Source: Phaeosaccion multiseriatum (taxonomy: Eukaryota; Protista; Ochrophyta, other classes). From it: a stretch of 64,000 nt of DNA. The first letter of the stretch is position 1. Each line of letters opens with the position of its first letter. Below, piece after piece: positions 1 to 12,588 of the stretch. The notes beneath the pieces were generated by a model. That model worked only from the letters and a program-made list of their open reading frames with translations, did no database searches and was not told the origin of the DNA. The stretch is taken from the NCBI GenBank assembly GCA_965112735.1, contig OZ218951.1, positions 5,766,001 through 5,830,000 of the forward strand, given 5' to 3'. The translations under genes were made by a program, and so were the position numbers.

Positions 1-527
1 TCCGCAGAGCGGGGCAGCGAGAGGAGGGGGGGGGGTGGCGCTGGCAATGATGGCCGCGGTGCTCGGTGCCGCTGCGCTGAGTGCGGGGCCCCGTGTGGTG
101 TGAGGGAAGGGACGGATGGATGGACGGACGGACGGTTGTCGTTGCCGCAGTGCTGCTCAGACGAGAGCGCCGCAACTCATTTTTGGTTTTCGTTTCAGTG
201 CCTTGGTACAGTTACCAGCAGTTTTGGCTCATTTTCACTTGATACAATATTATGTACATGATGTGGTGTGTTACAAGTCTCCCTTTTTCCCAGTTAATGG
301 AGAAAAGAGAGGAAAAGTTTCCCGGGGGGAGGGCATCTTTTTTTTGAGCCACGGAGAGCAGAAGAGACGATTTTGGAGACCGCTGAAGCCGTAGAGCAAG
401 AGGGAAGAAGACTGCCGGTCGCGCTCGCTTAGCAGCGGTAGTCAGGAGGAGCGGCAGCGAAAGCCTTGGCTTGCTTCGAGTCCCGACCGCGAAGCAACTA
501 AACCAAACTGCCTCTTCCTATATAGCA

Positions 528-2759
528 ATGAGCTCATTGCTGAAGGTTGCGCTGCTCCTCGCCGCGGTGGGAGGCGCGCGTGTCGCTGGCAGTACACCTC
601 CGGCCTCGAACGACACCAGCCCCGCCAATGAATGCTTGGATTTGCAACTCCCTTGGGGTGAGTGCGATGGGAGAGGCGCTTATGTCCGCTCCTCCTTCCC
701 CTCGCCCGCCCCCCCCGCTCGTCTGCCGCATCGACGCATCAACGCATCAACGAACGACTGATTTTACACTCTAACTTACATGTCTAACATCCTAACACGA
801 CAGCCGACTACCAACACGGGATGCTCCTGACGCGGGACGAGAACTGCCCCTCCAAGACGGACGACCCCGAGACCCGCGCCGAGAAGCTTTCTAATGCGTC
901 CAATGACGTTACGTGGTGCAATGTGCAGGGCCACGAGCTTTGTCGCTACTGCCTCTACGACCCGAACCTCTTCGATGCGGCCTTTCCCAACGCCACTCGA
1001 ATCGGGGACAGCCCTCCCGACCTGCCTTCGCTTCTCAACTCGACGGAGGAGATCGAAGAGCCCGGGAGCCCGACCGCTGTCAATGCGACTGAGCCAATCG
1101 TCACGCCCCGGGCCTGCACCTGTGCTGAGGCGCGAGCGGCGTACGTAGAGATGGAAGGCTGCCGTCCCTTGTCCGAGGAAGGCAGGCCCGAGCCGGAGTT
1201 CACAGGAGAAGGTGCGTATTTGGTTGCCCTCGTTTGCTGCCATTCCTCACCCCGCCGTCACCCTCGCCCTCGCCGCCTCCGCCTCGAGTCCATTTGAGTA
1301 TTTAAACGATTCCCTCCACTCACTCGACCATCCTCCCCCACTCCTCCCGCAGACTTTGGTCTTGCTGCGGACGCGCCTTTCCAGTGCATGCTTCCTAGCG
1401 TGGATGTGCCCCCCTGGAACGAGACGGACTATATCACCGTCCTCCCCAACGTGTACATCGACGACCCGTTGCCCATCGTTCGGTGCGTGGAGCTCATGGA
1501 CGTCGGACCCATGGCGATCGGCCTCGGTGAGTGGAGTGGAATGGGCGCGTGGCTGGCTGGGCGGGGGCTCTTCCTTCCCTCCCCTCCTCTCCCCCGGCCC
1601 GTCCCCACTGAACGCTCTCCGCCCTCCTTTGCTGCTTCCCCATTCCCTCGCTCTCGTTTAGTGACACCGCCTCTTGCCCTTGCCCCTTGTCCCCCCCCCC
1701 CCCCCCTCGTTCTTCCCCCCTTTGCCTCTGCAGGCATTGAGTTCGACCCTCGCTGCCCCACCGACCCCTCCACCGTGGCGGAGCTTCTCGGGGGCTGCGG
1801 CGCCACGTTCCGCCCCCTGTGCCGCGACTGCTTGCTCGACAGGGACCTCTATGTAGAGCATCTGGAGAGCGTCACTCCAGAGGGAGAGCTGTCACCTGTC
1901 AACGTGCCGGGGCTGCAGCGTGAGTGGCGGAGAGAGGGGAGGAGAGTGGCTTGTTGCTTAGCTATACCTACCTGCTTCGAGGAGCGAATACTGGTTTGCT
2001 TGTCCTCTCCTAGCGATAACTACAGAGTAGTGCGTCTTGGCTTCTTGGAGTCTTGCTTGCGTCGGTCCTCCTACTATCACTGCCTCACACTGCCTCACTG
2101 CCTCACTGCCTCAATGCTTCACTGCCTGCCCCCCCCTCCTGCCTGTCGCTCTCGCCCCCCCCTGCCCTCCTGCCCCCCCTCATTGTCCCATCGCAGCTTG
2201 CTCCTGCTGCACCCGCCTGATGGCCAGCCTGTTGTGGCCCGAAGGCGTGGAGGCCGGCAGCTGCACCAAAGACATTCCCGAGAAGTACTTGTCCTTCCTC
2301 ACCAACCCCCCTGCTCCATCCCCCTCTGAGGAGACGGCGGCGCCCCTCACTGGCGGGCTAGAGACTGCTGCCCCAGCAATGCTGGACGGCATGGAGACCG
2401 CTGCGCCCGCGGTGGGAACGACGGGCGGCACCATCTCGGCCGACAGCGTTTACGACGACGTCCCATGGGCGGGGGAAGATGACGACAACGACAAGGCCTC
2501 GGACGATGACGCTGCTTCAGACAGCGGCGATGAGGGTGGAGAGGGTGGAGAGGATGGAGAGGATGGAGAGGATGGAGAGAGCGACGACGAGGACGAACAA
2601 ACCCGGGCGGCGTCGAGCGGAGCCTTGGCCATGGCAGCGCTGCTGACAGTGTCCGATGCACGCTTCGTGCTGCTCGGGCACGTCATCCTCGCGGCGGCGG
2701 TAGCGTGGGCCGCTGCGGCCCTCGGGACGTCATTCTCGAGCTTCACGAGCGCGCCCTGA
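528..2759 (+). CDS. Secreted/cell-surface Cys-rich protein with two internal Cys repeats, acidic linker and C-terminal hydrophobic anchor (5 exons)
   Basis: ATG 528 with signal peptide MSSLLKVALLLAAVGGARVAG. GT-AG introns at about 658-803, 1212-1352, 1528-1733 and 1920-2196 join the ORF pieces. Repeats DENCP..WCNVQGHELCRYCLYD and DPRCP..GCGATFRPLCRDCLLD; D/E-rich stretch, then a hydrophobic tail (TM or GPI signal). Confidence 0.7.
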
Positions 2760-3453
2760 TGACTGATGACCCGCCGCAAGAGGAGAGGCGAATGATCGAA
2801 GGACCGAAGGAGCGAGCCTCGCACACAGTGGTTATAACAGTGGTTGAGGGATGGAGGGAAGGACGGACAGGCGTGTGGTATTTGCCATCCGCTTCACCCT
2901 TGCTTTGTTGCTTCTTTTACGTGATTGCAACTGCTCGGGGAGAGAGAAGACGGGAGCTCCCGATACATACATGACGATACATGATTGCCGAATCCCGCGC
3001 CGAGGAAGAAGAGGGAAGAGGGAAGAGGGAAGAGGCAGAGGGACGAACGATTTGCTGAGTTGCAGCCAGCATCGCTCTTCGATAATGCTTAGACTACGAT
3101 AGATACACATCGATTGTAGATAGATTAGACGCTCCACAGAAATTTGAAAAGAAAGGGCTCTACAACGAATGCGGCCCTCCTCTCGTCTTCTCCTTTATCC
3201 AATACAGCGGCCAACCAACTGCCGGCAACCATCCCACACACGCGCACACGCGCGCGCGCCCACGCCACACAAGAGATGTCACCAGCCACCCCCTGACCCT
3301 CGGGGAACACTCAATCAACAAAGCTGGGCACAGTGGGGATTTTATCTGTTTTTTATTACCGATTTACACAGACAAGCGTGTTCCTCCTTGGCAAAGAAGG
3401 GCCCTCGTGCAACACGCTGGTGTGGTTGGTGCTCTGCTCTGTCAACTGTGAGC

Positions 3454-3921
3454 CTAGTCGTCCCCGCGAGCCACGGCCCCTGCGATGCGGTCGAGGTCCT
3501 GCTGCCCCACGCGGGACACGACGCGCCCACCGTTGTCGCTCCTCTCCACCACCTGATCAAACGCCGACAAATAAAACAAACAGATGGACAGATAGACACG
3601 TAGACAGGTAGCAGGGAAGTCGTAATAGAGAGAAGCAGGCAGACAGGGGGACGTCAGAGCAGTGCAGATGGAGAGGCACGGGGGAGGGGAAGTCTATTTT
3701 TCCCTCCCTCTTCGGCCAGGGGAGCATGGAGGGAGTGAGGCCGTCCCCGTCTGTCGCGGTAGGGTAGCATGGAAGGAGAGCGAAGGCAGCTGTCTCTCTC
3801 TCTCTCTCCACATCAGCGGAAGGAGAGCGATAGCCTCTATCTGTCTCTCCACGTCTGCGGTCGGTCCTTCACTGAGCCACTGCCAATCGACGCGACGCTG
3901 CTCGCCAGGGGGGGGGGCTGG

Positions 3922-3979
<58 letters not shown>

Positions 3980-5515
3980 ATTCTTCCTCTCTTTCTGTGT
4001 GCCCTCTGCCAGCACGACGTATCCACAACTGCCATCCTCCTCCTCCTCCTTCTGACGCGCAAAGTGCCCAGGTGCCGGCTCCCCAACACGCACGGCTTGG
4101 GCACGGCTGACGAAGGCAAAGCAAGGCCTGCTCCTCGCCCGCCGACGCCCCTCCCTCCTTCAGTTGCGCGAGAGGAAAGCACAGGCGGACAAGGCTCTGT
4201 GACCAGGCTCGGTGGCCGTCTGTCCTCATCAAAAGCAGCGCTCTGACGCCCCCCCTTCTCGCCTTCTCCTTCTCGGTCTCACACAAACCACACCGGCCGC
4301 ATGCCCATACACCTTGGTCTCCTCCTCCACATACTCGCCCCTTTCTTGTCTGGCGCTGTGCAACTCCTACACGCATCTGCCTCTCTCCCCCTTCCCCGCG
4401 GCGGCCAGACGGGCATCCCCCAGCGCCCCACAGAAACCAAGCCCGTCCACCGCGATGCAGCCTACCCTACCCTCGCCTGGCCTCCGCGCTGAAGAACCAA
4501 CTCTCCACGATGCACACTCTGAAGCAACTGAAGGAGGGGCCTCACTTGTGCTGCTGCTGGTGGGGCGTACGGGCCATACTCTACTTCCTCTCAATCCACA
4601 CATCCCCCCTCTTCCACAACGGGGCAAGTCGGACGAAGTGACACCCTCGTTCGTCCCACCCCCGTCCCACCTCCCCTGTCACTTCGTCCTTCCCCCCTCC
4701 CCTCACACACCGCTCACCCACCCCCAAAACACTGCACCACCGCTCCAGACGGGATGATCTCTCTGAGAAAAGGAGGTCAACTCCCTTCCCGTCGCTTCCT
4801 CCGTCGTTCGGATAGGCGCGGCCCCCACCAGCACCTCCTCTTCCGCCCGAAAGACACTGCCCCTCCCTCCGCCGGGGTCTTGCGACGCCACAACACACAC
4901 ATGTGTCCATGTGTCTGTCTGCCCTTACTCATCGTATCGTGTGCCCATATGCCTGTCTGCCACTACCTCACCTTGAGCTCCTCCAGCTGCTGCAGCACGT
5001 GTCGGATAATGCCTCCCGACGACTTGGCGTGCACGTTGGTGCATGCTCCGCGCCTGTTCTGCGAGCCGAACGCCTTCCTCAGGCCCCCCACACCGCGGTT
5101 GGGGCGGAGGTAGATCTTCCGTGCCACAGCCGCTGCAGGGATAGGGAGAGGGGTTCGCTACTTGGTTAGGGGACTCTGTAGTCCAAGCTTCCGTCCCCTC
5201 CCACCCCTTTCGTGTTGCTGGTACTGCTGCTTCAACGACGAAACTATGGAACCCCTCACTATTCTCGGCCTCCTCACCCCCCCCAAGCACACCCCTCCGA
5301 GGCTCACCTGCTCGGATGTAGTACCAGTCCGGGTCGTAGGGTGCAAGCTCCTTCTGTGTGCCCGTCTTGACGAGATCAGTCCACACGGGCAGCTCGAATC
5401 GCCCTGTGTTCTTCAGGTGCTCGGCGTAAGCCTTGATGAAAGCAGCAGGGGCCACATCACGCACGGTGATGCCGCGGGCCTCCTGCACGTACTCCTCCTG
5501 TGCTTCATCCGCCAT
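3454..5515 (-). CDS. RPS19: 40S ribosomal protein S19 (eS19), 3 exons
   Basis: Exons 5515-5308, 5132-4972 and 3552-3454 splice in frame: [19 protein letters not shown]...[35 protein letters not shown]...[39 protein letters not shown], the canonical eS19 signature. Confidence 0.96.
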
Positions 5516-6024
5516 GATTCACAGTGGGCTGAACAACAAAAGGTACGGGAGGGGTGGGGGACGGGTAGAGGGAGGATTAATGAACTGAGGCAGAACAAAG
5601 GGAAGGCGTGAATGGAAGACGACCTTCTTTTTCCGGAAGCTTTTCCCTACTTTTACTACGGTGGCTGCCGCTCGTCCGATATCACTGCCTCCCTTCCCTG
5701 GCCTGGCCCTCTCTCTCTTTCCTCCTTCCCACTCTTCCCGGCCTCCTTCCACTCTCGGGCCGCCGCCCCCTGCAGCGCAAGGCGCTCTCTTCTCCCTCGG
5801 CCTCACCGCCTCTCTCCTCTCTCCTTTTTCTCCCCTCGCCCTGCTCTCCTCCCTCACCTCTGTGTTTACGGTGTGAGGGCCAATCGCATGGCCGACACAC
5901 CCCGGGGTAGTATCCGGTGCCAGTGTCATGGACAGACATATGTCAGCAAAATCCAAAACGCCAAAATTCTCTTCTCCGCCGCGCTCCCCGGCTCCAGCCC
6001 AGGAGCCTCTGTATTAGCTCTAGG

Positions 6025-7547
6025 ATGTCGGGCTATGGGGATATCTGTTTGGCAAATTCTCCTCGCTCTCTCACCTCTGTGCACTCGGCGGACGGAGAGG
6101 AGGAGAGATGCCGGGCCCGCCTCGCTCTCCGAGAAAAGGCTTTGGGGGTGCCGGCCGTCACGCCGCCGAGCCTTCAGCAGCAGCGGCTGCCACAAGGACA
6201 GGAACTTGAGGACTTGCTCGCCGACGAGGGCTTGGGCCACCGTATTCGTCGAGACAGCAGGGGAGGGGAGTATGATGCAAGTTGGCGGCGGCATATGCGG
6301 AGGGAGAGCAATTTCATAGTCGACAATACTTTCGGTTCAAGCTCTGACCTCCAGGACAGCAGTGTGCAGCAGCAGCATCAGCAGGTGAACGAGGGTGCGG
6401 GGAGCGGGGGAAGAGGTGGTGCCCGTCGCGATCTGATCCGGCCCCGCCGCAGCATCGGAGCCGGAGCAACAGCGGCACCAGCGGCACCAGCAGCGCCAGC
6501 AGCAGGGGCAGGGAGCTTGACGGGCACACCCTCACTGACCACGGGTACGGGAAGCACTACCCTGTACTCTTCCTCCATTCCCACCACTGGAAGCACTTCC
6601 GTCGCGCTCTCCCTCCGATCGGGCGTGGACCTGCTTGCCTCTCCTTGGAAGGACGTGGAGAGCATGGCTCGTTTGCTCTGTAGCAGCAAGTCTTCCCCCA
6701 ACCTCATGTCCGCGACTATGAAGGACATGCCCAAGCTCGTGGCTGAAGAGTACAAGGAGATGCAGAGCATCAGCCATCTCTCCCCCACTCTCCAGAGAGC
6801 CTACAAACCCACTCATTCCATCCTGAGCACCGTTCCCTCCTGCTTCCAAAGCGAGGTGCCTAGCCTAGAGCTTCACTCCCAATCGCAGCGCCACTTTGTG
6901 CAGAGGAGCCAGGTCCTCGGGGCCTTCGCTCGCTTCGCCCATGAGCTGCCATCCAGGGGGGAGGCGCTACGCGGGGGCGGCACCAACACCTCCTTCCACA
7001 ACACAACGTACACGCACGACGTACTCACGCACGCGCACGCGGGGAATGAGGGGAGGGCGAGCAGCAGCAAAAGTAGGACCCGGCCGGGGAAGCAGCAGCA
7101 GCAAGCCGAGAACAGGAGTCCCACGCACAGCCCTCCTCGTGCGGAGATCGCAAATGTCAGTGCGACGACGAAGACGACGACGACGACGACAGGCACCGGC
7201 AGAGGCTTCCTCTACACACACGACCTTCCCCGGGCCGTGCGGCTTGTGGAGCCCCGCGTGTCGGAGAGGGCGGTGGAGGAATGGATGCTGCAACACGGCT
7301 ACTTGCTCAGGGGGCAGCAGGTTGATGGTGGTGGTGGTGGTGGTGATGATGATGATTACGGTGGACCAGCGCAGGACGAGGAGGGCGGGGAGGAGCGGCG
7401 GCAAGTACCCCGGTGGCAAGCCCTCGGTTTTGTGGAGTTCGAGGTGGTGGTGAACAGTCTCTGCAAGGCCGCCGCAGACAAGGAGAAGCACGGGGGAGGG
7501 GGAGGGCAGAGGAGGGGCGAGGGCACGGCTGAAGGAGAACAAAAGAC

Positions 7548-7622
<75 letters not shown>

Positions 7623-10474
7623 GCGGCGGCGGCGGCGGAGGCTGCCCCTAGAGGAGGCCCCCTCCTTCGGCTTTTGGGCCGCTCCCAAGTCGCCGCTCCC
7701 GTCGCCGCACTCGCCCGAGAGAGGACTGAATCGGACCATGAGCGCGGCCCTGTTGGGGAGGGAGACGGCGCCCCGGGGGGGGGCTCCGAGCGCCAGTCAA
7801 GCAGAAGGGTTTTCGAGTCGAGAAGGATGGAAAGGCAAGGCCGCAGAGGCGGTGGGGGAGACAGCGGACATGCTCCGCGAGACGAGCCCTGCCTACCTCA
7901 TCCTCCTAAGGCAGCAGCAAGGGGCGTCCCTTGTGCCCGCTCCTGAGGCCATCGCGGATGGCACTGGAGGGACGCAGAACAGCGGCGGCCTGGAGGATGT
8001 GAAGATCGAGCCCGATATGCTGGTTCGACACCTTCGAAACATGGCGCGAATGGAGAGGGAGCAGGATGAGGCCCAGCGAGCCCGCGCTGTAGACCAGCAC
8101 AAGCAGCAGCAGCAGAAGGAGGGGGGGGAGCAGCCGCCGCCCCCGGGAGGGTCCATCTTCGATCGCCTGAGTAAGACGCAGCTGCAGCAGGCCGCAGTGA
8201 GTGACGCCGCCCACCCGCGAGACTCCGACCCGCACGAGAAGGTGCGTGGGTACAAGTTGGTACAAGTCACCCTTTGCATCCTTTTGCCATTCGATCTGCT
8301 GTTGTCTGTCTGTGCTTCAAGCCATCCCTTTGCCCCAACCAATACCTTGCATCTGCTGACGAACCAACATGTGAATATGTGAATATGTGAACAACTGTCA
8401 TGTAACTGCAACTGTAACTGCCAGGTGCTGCTGCGGAGGGTGCGGGGCTCGAAGCGCAAGGCCCGGAAGGACGCAGACGACAAGGTGGTGCAGCAGGTAC
8501 GTGGGTACATACGTAGTATATGGACACGGAGCAGGCCATATTCAGATGATTCGACCCCCAAACCATTTTTTCTTCCAGGCATGTCATGTCGACTTTGAGC
8601 CCGATGTTGCGGATCGATGTTGGATCATTGGATCGAACTGAACTGAACTGAGCCCATAGCCCACAGCTCAGCCGTCAGTCGCCGCAGTCATTCTCTGATG
8701 ACTTTGTTGCCTGACTCGCTCACCTAACTTCCGTTAGCCTACTAGCTCCCTTGCTCACTCACTCATTGCCTCGCTTGATTGCTTGCTCACTCACCCTCGC
8801 TGCCTTGCTTGCTCTCTTGCCTGCTCTGCCCTTGCTGCTTGCTTGTGCTTGCTTGCTCTGCTTGCAGATCTGCCGACAAGCAAGCCGAGTGACGCGCAGC
8901 CTCATCCAGGCACACCGCGCTGCTGAGGGCAAGGCCAGACGACAGGAGAGGACCCACTTCGTCGCCGTGCGGAGTATAGAGGACCGCTGCAGACAGATGG
9001 GCATTCGGGAGGAGGCCGCTTTGAGGCAGCAGAGCAAGAAGCTAGACAGGTGAGCAAAGGCAAGACTGGTGTGAGTGTGGGTGGGCGGCCAAGTTGTGAA
9101 GTCAAGAGGGAGGCCGGGAGTGAACTGATTGTGAGAGTGACTGACACGCCCCCATGAATGGTTCGACTAAACCCCTCCCCCCTATGGACGTCCCTCGCCC
9201 CTGCCGACATGCCTATGTGTGCCCCTGCCCGTATCCCTCTACATGTCCGCCTCCAGGGGGCGCATGCGGCACTCTCTGGAGCGCCAGAGAGGCTTGGAGC
9301 GGCTCCGAGCCGAGACGGAGCTGCAGTACAGGCAGAGCTACGCGAGCAGTCAGAGACTCGGCCAGGGGCAAGGGGCCCTGGCCTGCGTGTTCAACTCCAC
9401 AGTGCACCAGAGATTGCTCCACGACCAGCAGCAGCAGGAGCAGCAGCAGCTACTGGTGGCACAGCCACCGCCGCCAGACTGCTCGGGCAGCCCTACTGAG
9501 ATGAGCGCCTCAGGCACAAGCAAGAGGAGCTGCAGCGGCGAGCACAACAACGCCGCCGGAGCAGGAGCCATGGCACCCCCCGGGCGACAGCTGGCGGCTC
9601 AGGGTCAGGGTCAGGGTCACAGTCAGAGTCAGGGGCAGGGGCAGGGGCAGGGTGCGTCTGCCTTGCCCGTGAGCATTCTCCGCTCTTCCTGCCCGGCCTC
9701 CACAGCGGCTTCGGTAGCGACTGACGTAAGGGAGAGAGACGCCGCCACTGCCACTGAGGGAAGAAGCGACCCCAGGGAGCAGTGGGCCCCCGGGGGGGAG
9801 GGGAGTCTGGATAGCGGTACTGACGCTGCTTCGCTTGCCTCGGGATCGGTCACAGTCGTGCACACGTCGCAGGGGCAGTCTTATGGGCAGGCGTATGGGC
9901 AGGGGCAGGGTCGGGGGCAGGGGAGAAGCGAGGAGGATCAGTGGCGTTTTGAAAGCGGTGAAGGGGCGGAGGGACCGCAGGGGATGGCAGTGGATGGGGA
10001 GGAGCCGCTGACGCCGTGCTCGTCCCAGGCTCACACCAGCAGCCTTATGCGCTCGGGGCAGCCGGGGATGGCAGTGGACGGGGAGGAGAAGCAGAGGATG
10101 GCAGCGGATGGCTACCACAACGCCTCCGCCAACGCCTCCCTCAACGCGTCTCTAAACCCCACGCCGAGGCCCATGGGACAGGAGGGGATGGCAGCTGATG
10201 GGCAGGGGGGGGCAGCGGCAGATGGGACGGGAGGGGCGGGGGCGGCAGCGGCGGCGATACTGAGGCGCGAGGAAGTGGTGAGGGGCTCGGCCATCCTCGG
10301 CCGACAGAAGGAGCCAACAACAACAGCAGTAGCAGCAGCAAGTGTAGGGGGTGGGGGAGGAGGAGGAGGAGGAGGAGGAGGAGGAGGAGGAGGAGGAGGA
10401 GGAGGAGGAGGAGGAGGAGGAGGAGGAGGAGGAGGAGGAGGAGGAGGAGGAGCAGGAGGAGGAGGAGGAGGAGG

Positions 10475-10516
<42 letters not shown>

Positions 10517-11651
10517 AGGAGGAGGAGGAGGAGGAGGAGGAGGAGGAGGAGGAGGAGGAGGAGGAGGAGGAGGGGGGGGGGTGGGCGCGGCGAGAAAAAG
10601 AGAGACGTCGTCCCTCTCCCTCACCACCGGCGGGGCTGGTGGAGTGAGCGTGCCCCCCTGCTCCCTCAGGCTCAGGCCGGAGTCTCCTCTTCTCACTCGA
10701 GCGAGACTGCGCCGCGCCATGAGAGACGCCTTTGATGGAGAAGCGAGTCAGCGGCTGCAAGCACATGTGTGTCACGATTGCATCAAGGGAAAGTGCAATG
10801 TGCATCTGCTGTGGCCGCAGACCCGGGGGGACTCCGTCGCTCCTTGGGCATCCTCGACGCCCAATGGAACAGCAGGAGGAGGACGGGGAGGGGGGGAAGG
10901 AGGAGGTGGAGAAGAAGAAGAAGAAGAAGAAGAAGGAGGAGGAGGAGGAGGAGGAGGAGGAGGAGGAGGAGGAGGAGGAGGAGGAGGAGGAGGAGGAGGA
11001 GGAGGAGGAGGAGGAGGAGGAGGAGGAGGAGGAGGAGGAGGAGGAGGAGGAGGAGGAGGAAGAGGAGGAGGAGGAGGTGGTGGTGGTGGTGGTGGTGGAG
11101 GAGAAGGAGGAGAGGTGGTGGTGGCGGGAGGAGGAGCAGGAGGAGCAGGAGGAGAGGGCGGAAGAACAGGAGGAGGAGCAGGACGAGGGGGAGGAGTAAA
11201 CAGCAACAGTGGACCTTGGCACAGGAGCGGCGCCGTGAGCAGCACCACTGGAGGCCCGAGGAGCCCCCCCCTCGGGCTCATGCTCCCCTTTGACGGTTAC
11301 GACGGTTTCGCGACCGCGGCAAGCACCCCGGCGGGGATGCTCCACAGCAGGCCCAGGACGACGGGCAGCAGCCGGGGATCCCCGGGAGGAGGGATGCTCT
11401 CCCCCCCGGGGAACGGCGGTAGGCTTCAGGAGCAGGGGGGGGGAGGCAGGGCGGGGAGCGCGGGAGGGCTGAACCCGATGAACACGTCGTCGTTCTCTCT
11501 GCAGCAGCCCAGCGTCAGCGGGAGTGCGTGCGTGGCCATACGGAATGTAACGCTCCGAAGCCCCCTCGGGTCCAGGACGACGACGAGGACACCCCCCCTG
11601 GGTCTCGTCAGCCCCCCCCCATCCGCCCCACCCAACAGGACGAGAGGCTGA
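6025..11651 (+). CDS. Large low-complexity protein of unknown function (poly-Q, poly-G, coiled-coil middle; about 4 exons)
   Basis: Long ORFs 5917-8382 and 9219-11651 are linked by phase-compatible exons 8425-8496 and 8868-9049 with canonical splice sites. No recognisable domain. Confidence 0.55.
7549..7620 (+). repeat. (CAG)n microsatellite encoding poly-Gln
   Basis: About 24 consecutive CAG in frame. Confidence 0.95.
10356..11076 (+). repeat. Two long (GGA)n tracts encoding poly-Gly
   Basis: GGA runs at about 10356-10573 and 10935-11076 within the ORF. Confidence 0.9.
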
Positions 11652-12588
11652 GAGAGAGGCATATACATTGGCCGGGCCATATAGTCCTGAAATTCAAACT
11701 CAATCCCACACTCAAACTCAAATTCATCATGTCTGGCACGTTGTCCGACTGGCTCTCTCTCACGGGAAGCGTTGCTTTGAGTTGTGTGCAAACCGCACCG
11801 CACTGCACCTGCTGCGTTGCGTTGCCTTACATTGTTACTTTGCATTGTACTGCATGAGTCAAGGCCAGGCCCAGGCCCAATCGGAGGCGAGAGAGGAGTC
11901 TCTTCCTACATGTGTGGCAAGTGGCAAGTCTCCACCTCTATGGAAAGTCCTTCGGGCGCTGCGCAAGGCAAAGCCCTCTCCGGCCTCAATATACGCCGGC
12001 GTCGCCCCCTCTGGTGCGTGCGAGCTCGAGCTCTCTATCTCTCTCTCACACACACGCACCCGCATCATCACCATCACCGGTGCGGGTGAAGAGCGGAAGA
12101 GGGCCATGGAACTCTTTGGCTCAATGGAGCCTCTGTCTGTCCGCCTACACCCACGCGCACGCCCTCCCGTCAAGGGCCCGTCGTCTGTTCTCCTCCCTTG
12201 GAGTCCCTTGGAGGGCACTGGGGCAAGGGGAAGGCAAGGGAAGCTTAACCACGTGCGTAACCACCTAGCGGCACGTAGCAACACGTATAGAGGTGCAAGT
12301 CGACGTCACCCCATCGCCCAGTCAGACAGCCCACAGTCAGTACGTGCTGTCAGTTTGTACTTGATCAGCAGCCACAGCAGCCTGTACTTGGGTTGTCAGC
12401 CAACCCGTCAGCCCGTCAGCTCGCGGCCCCGGGAAGGAGGGAAGGCACGAGCACTCAGGCACTCAGACGCAGCCCCCTGAGGCGCACGCCCAGCCAGTCA
12501 GTCAACACAGTCAGTTAACCAGTGCTTGGTGTCAGTCCCCAGCCAACAGCCCGCCATTCAGTGACTCAGTGCTTGGCGTCCGTCAGCC

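Noticed and set aside
4461-4473. CCTACCCTACCCT as a telomerase RNA template
   Set aside because: It lies antisense to the host intron, does not match a TTAGGG-type repeat, and has no other supporting element.
11668-12480. 270-aa ORF downstream of the 6-11 kb gene
   Set aside because: No ATG start, domain or clear splice link; probably 3' UTR or intergenic sequence between convergent genes.
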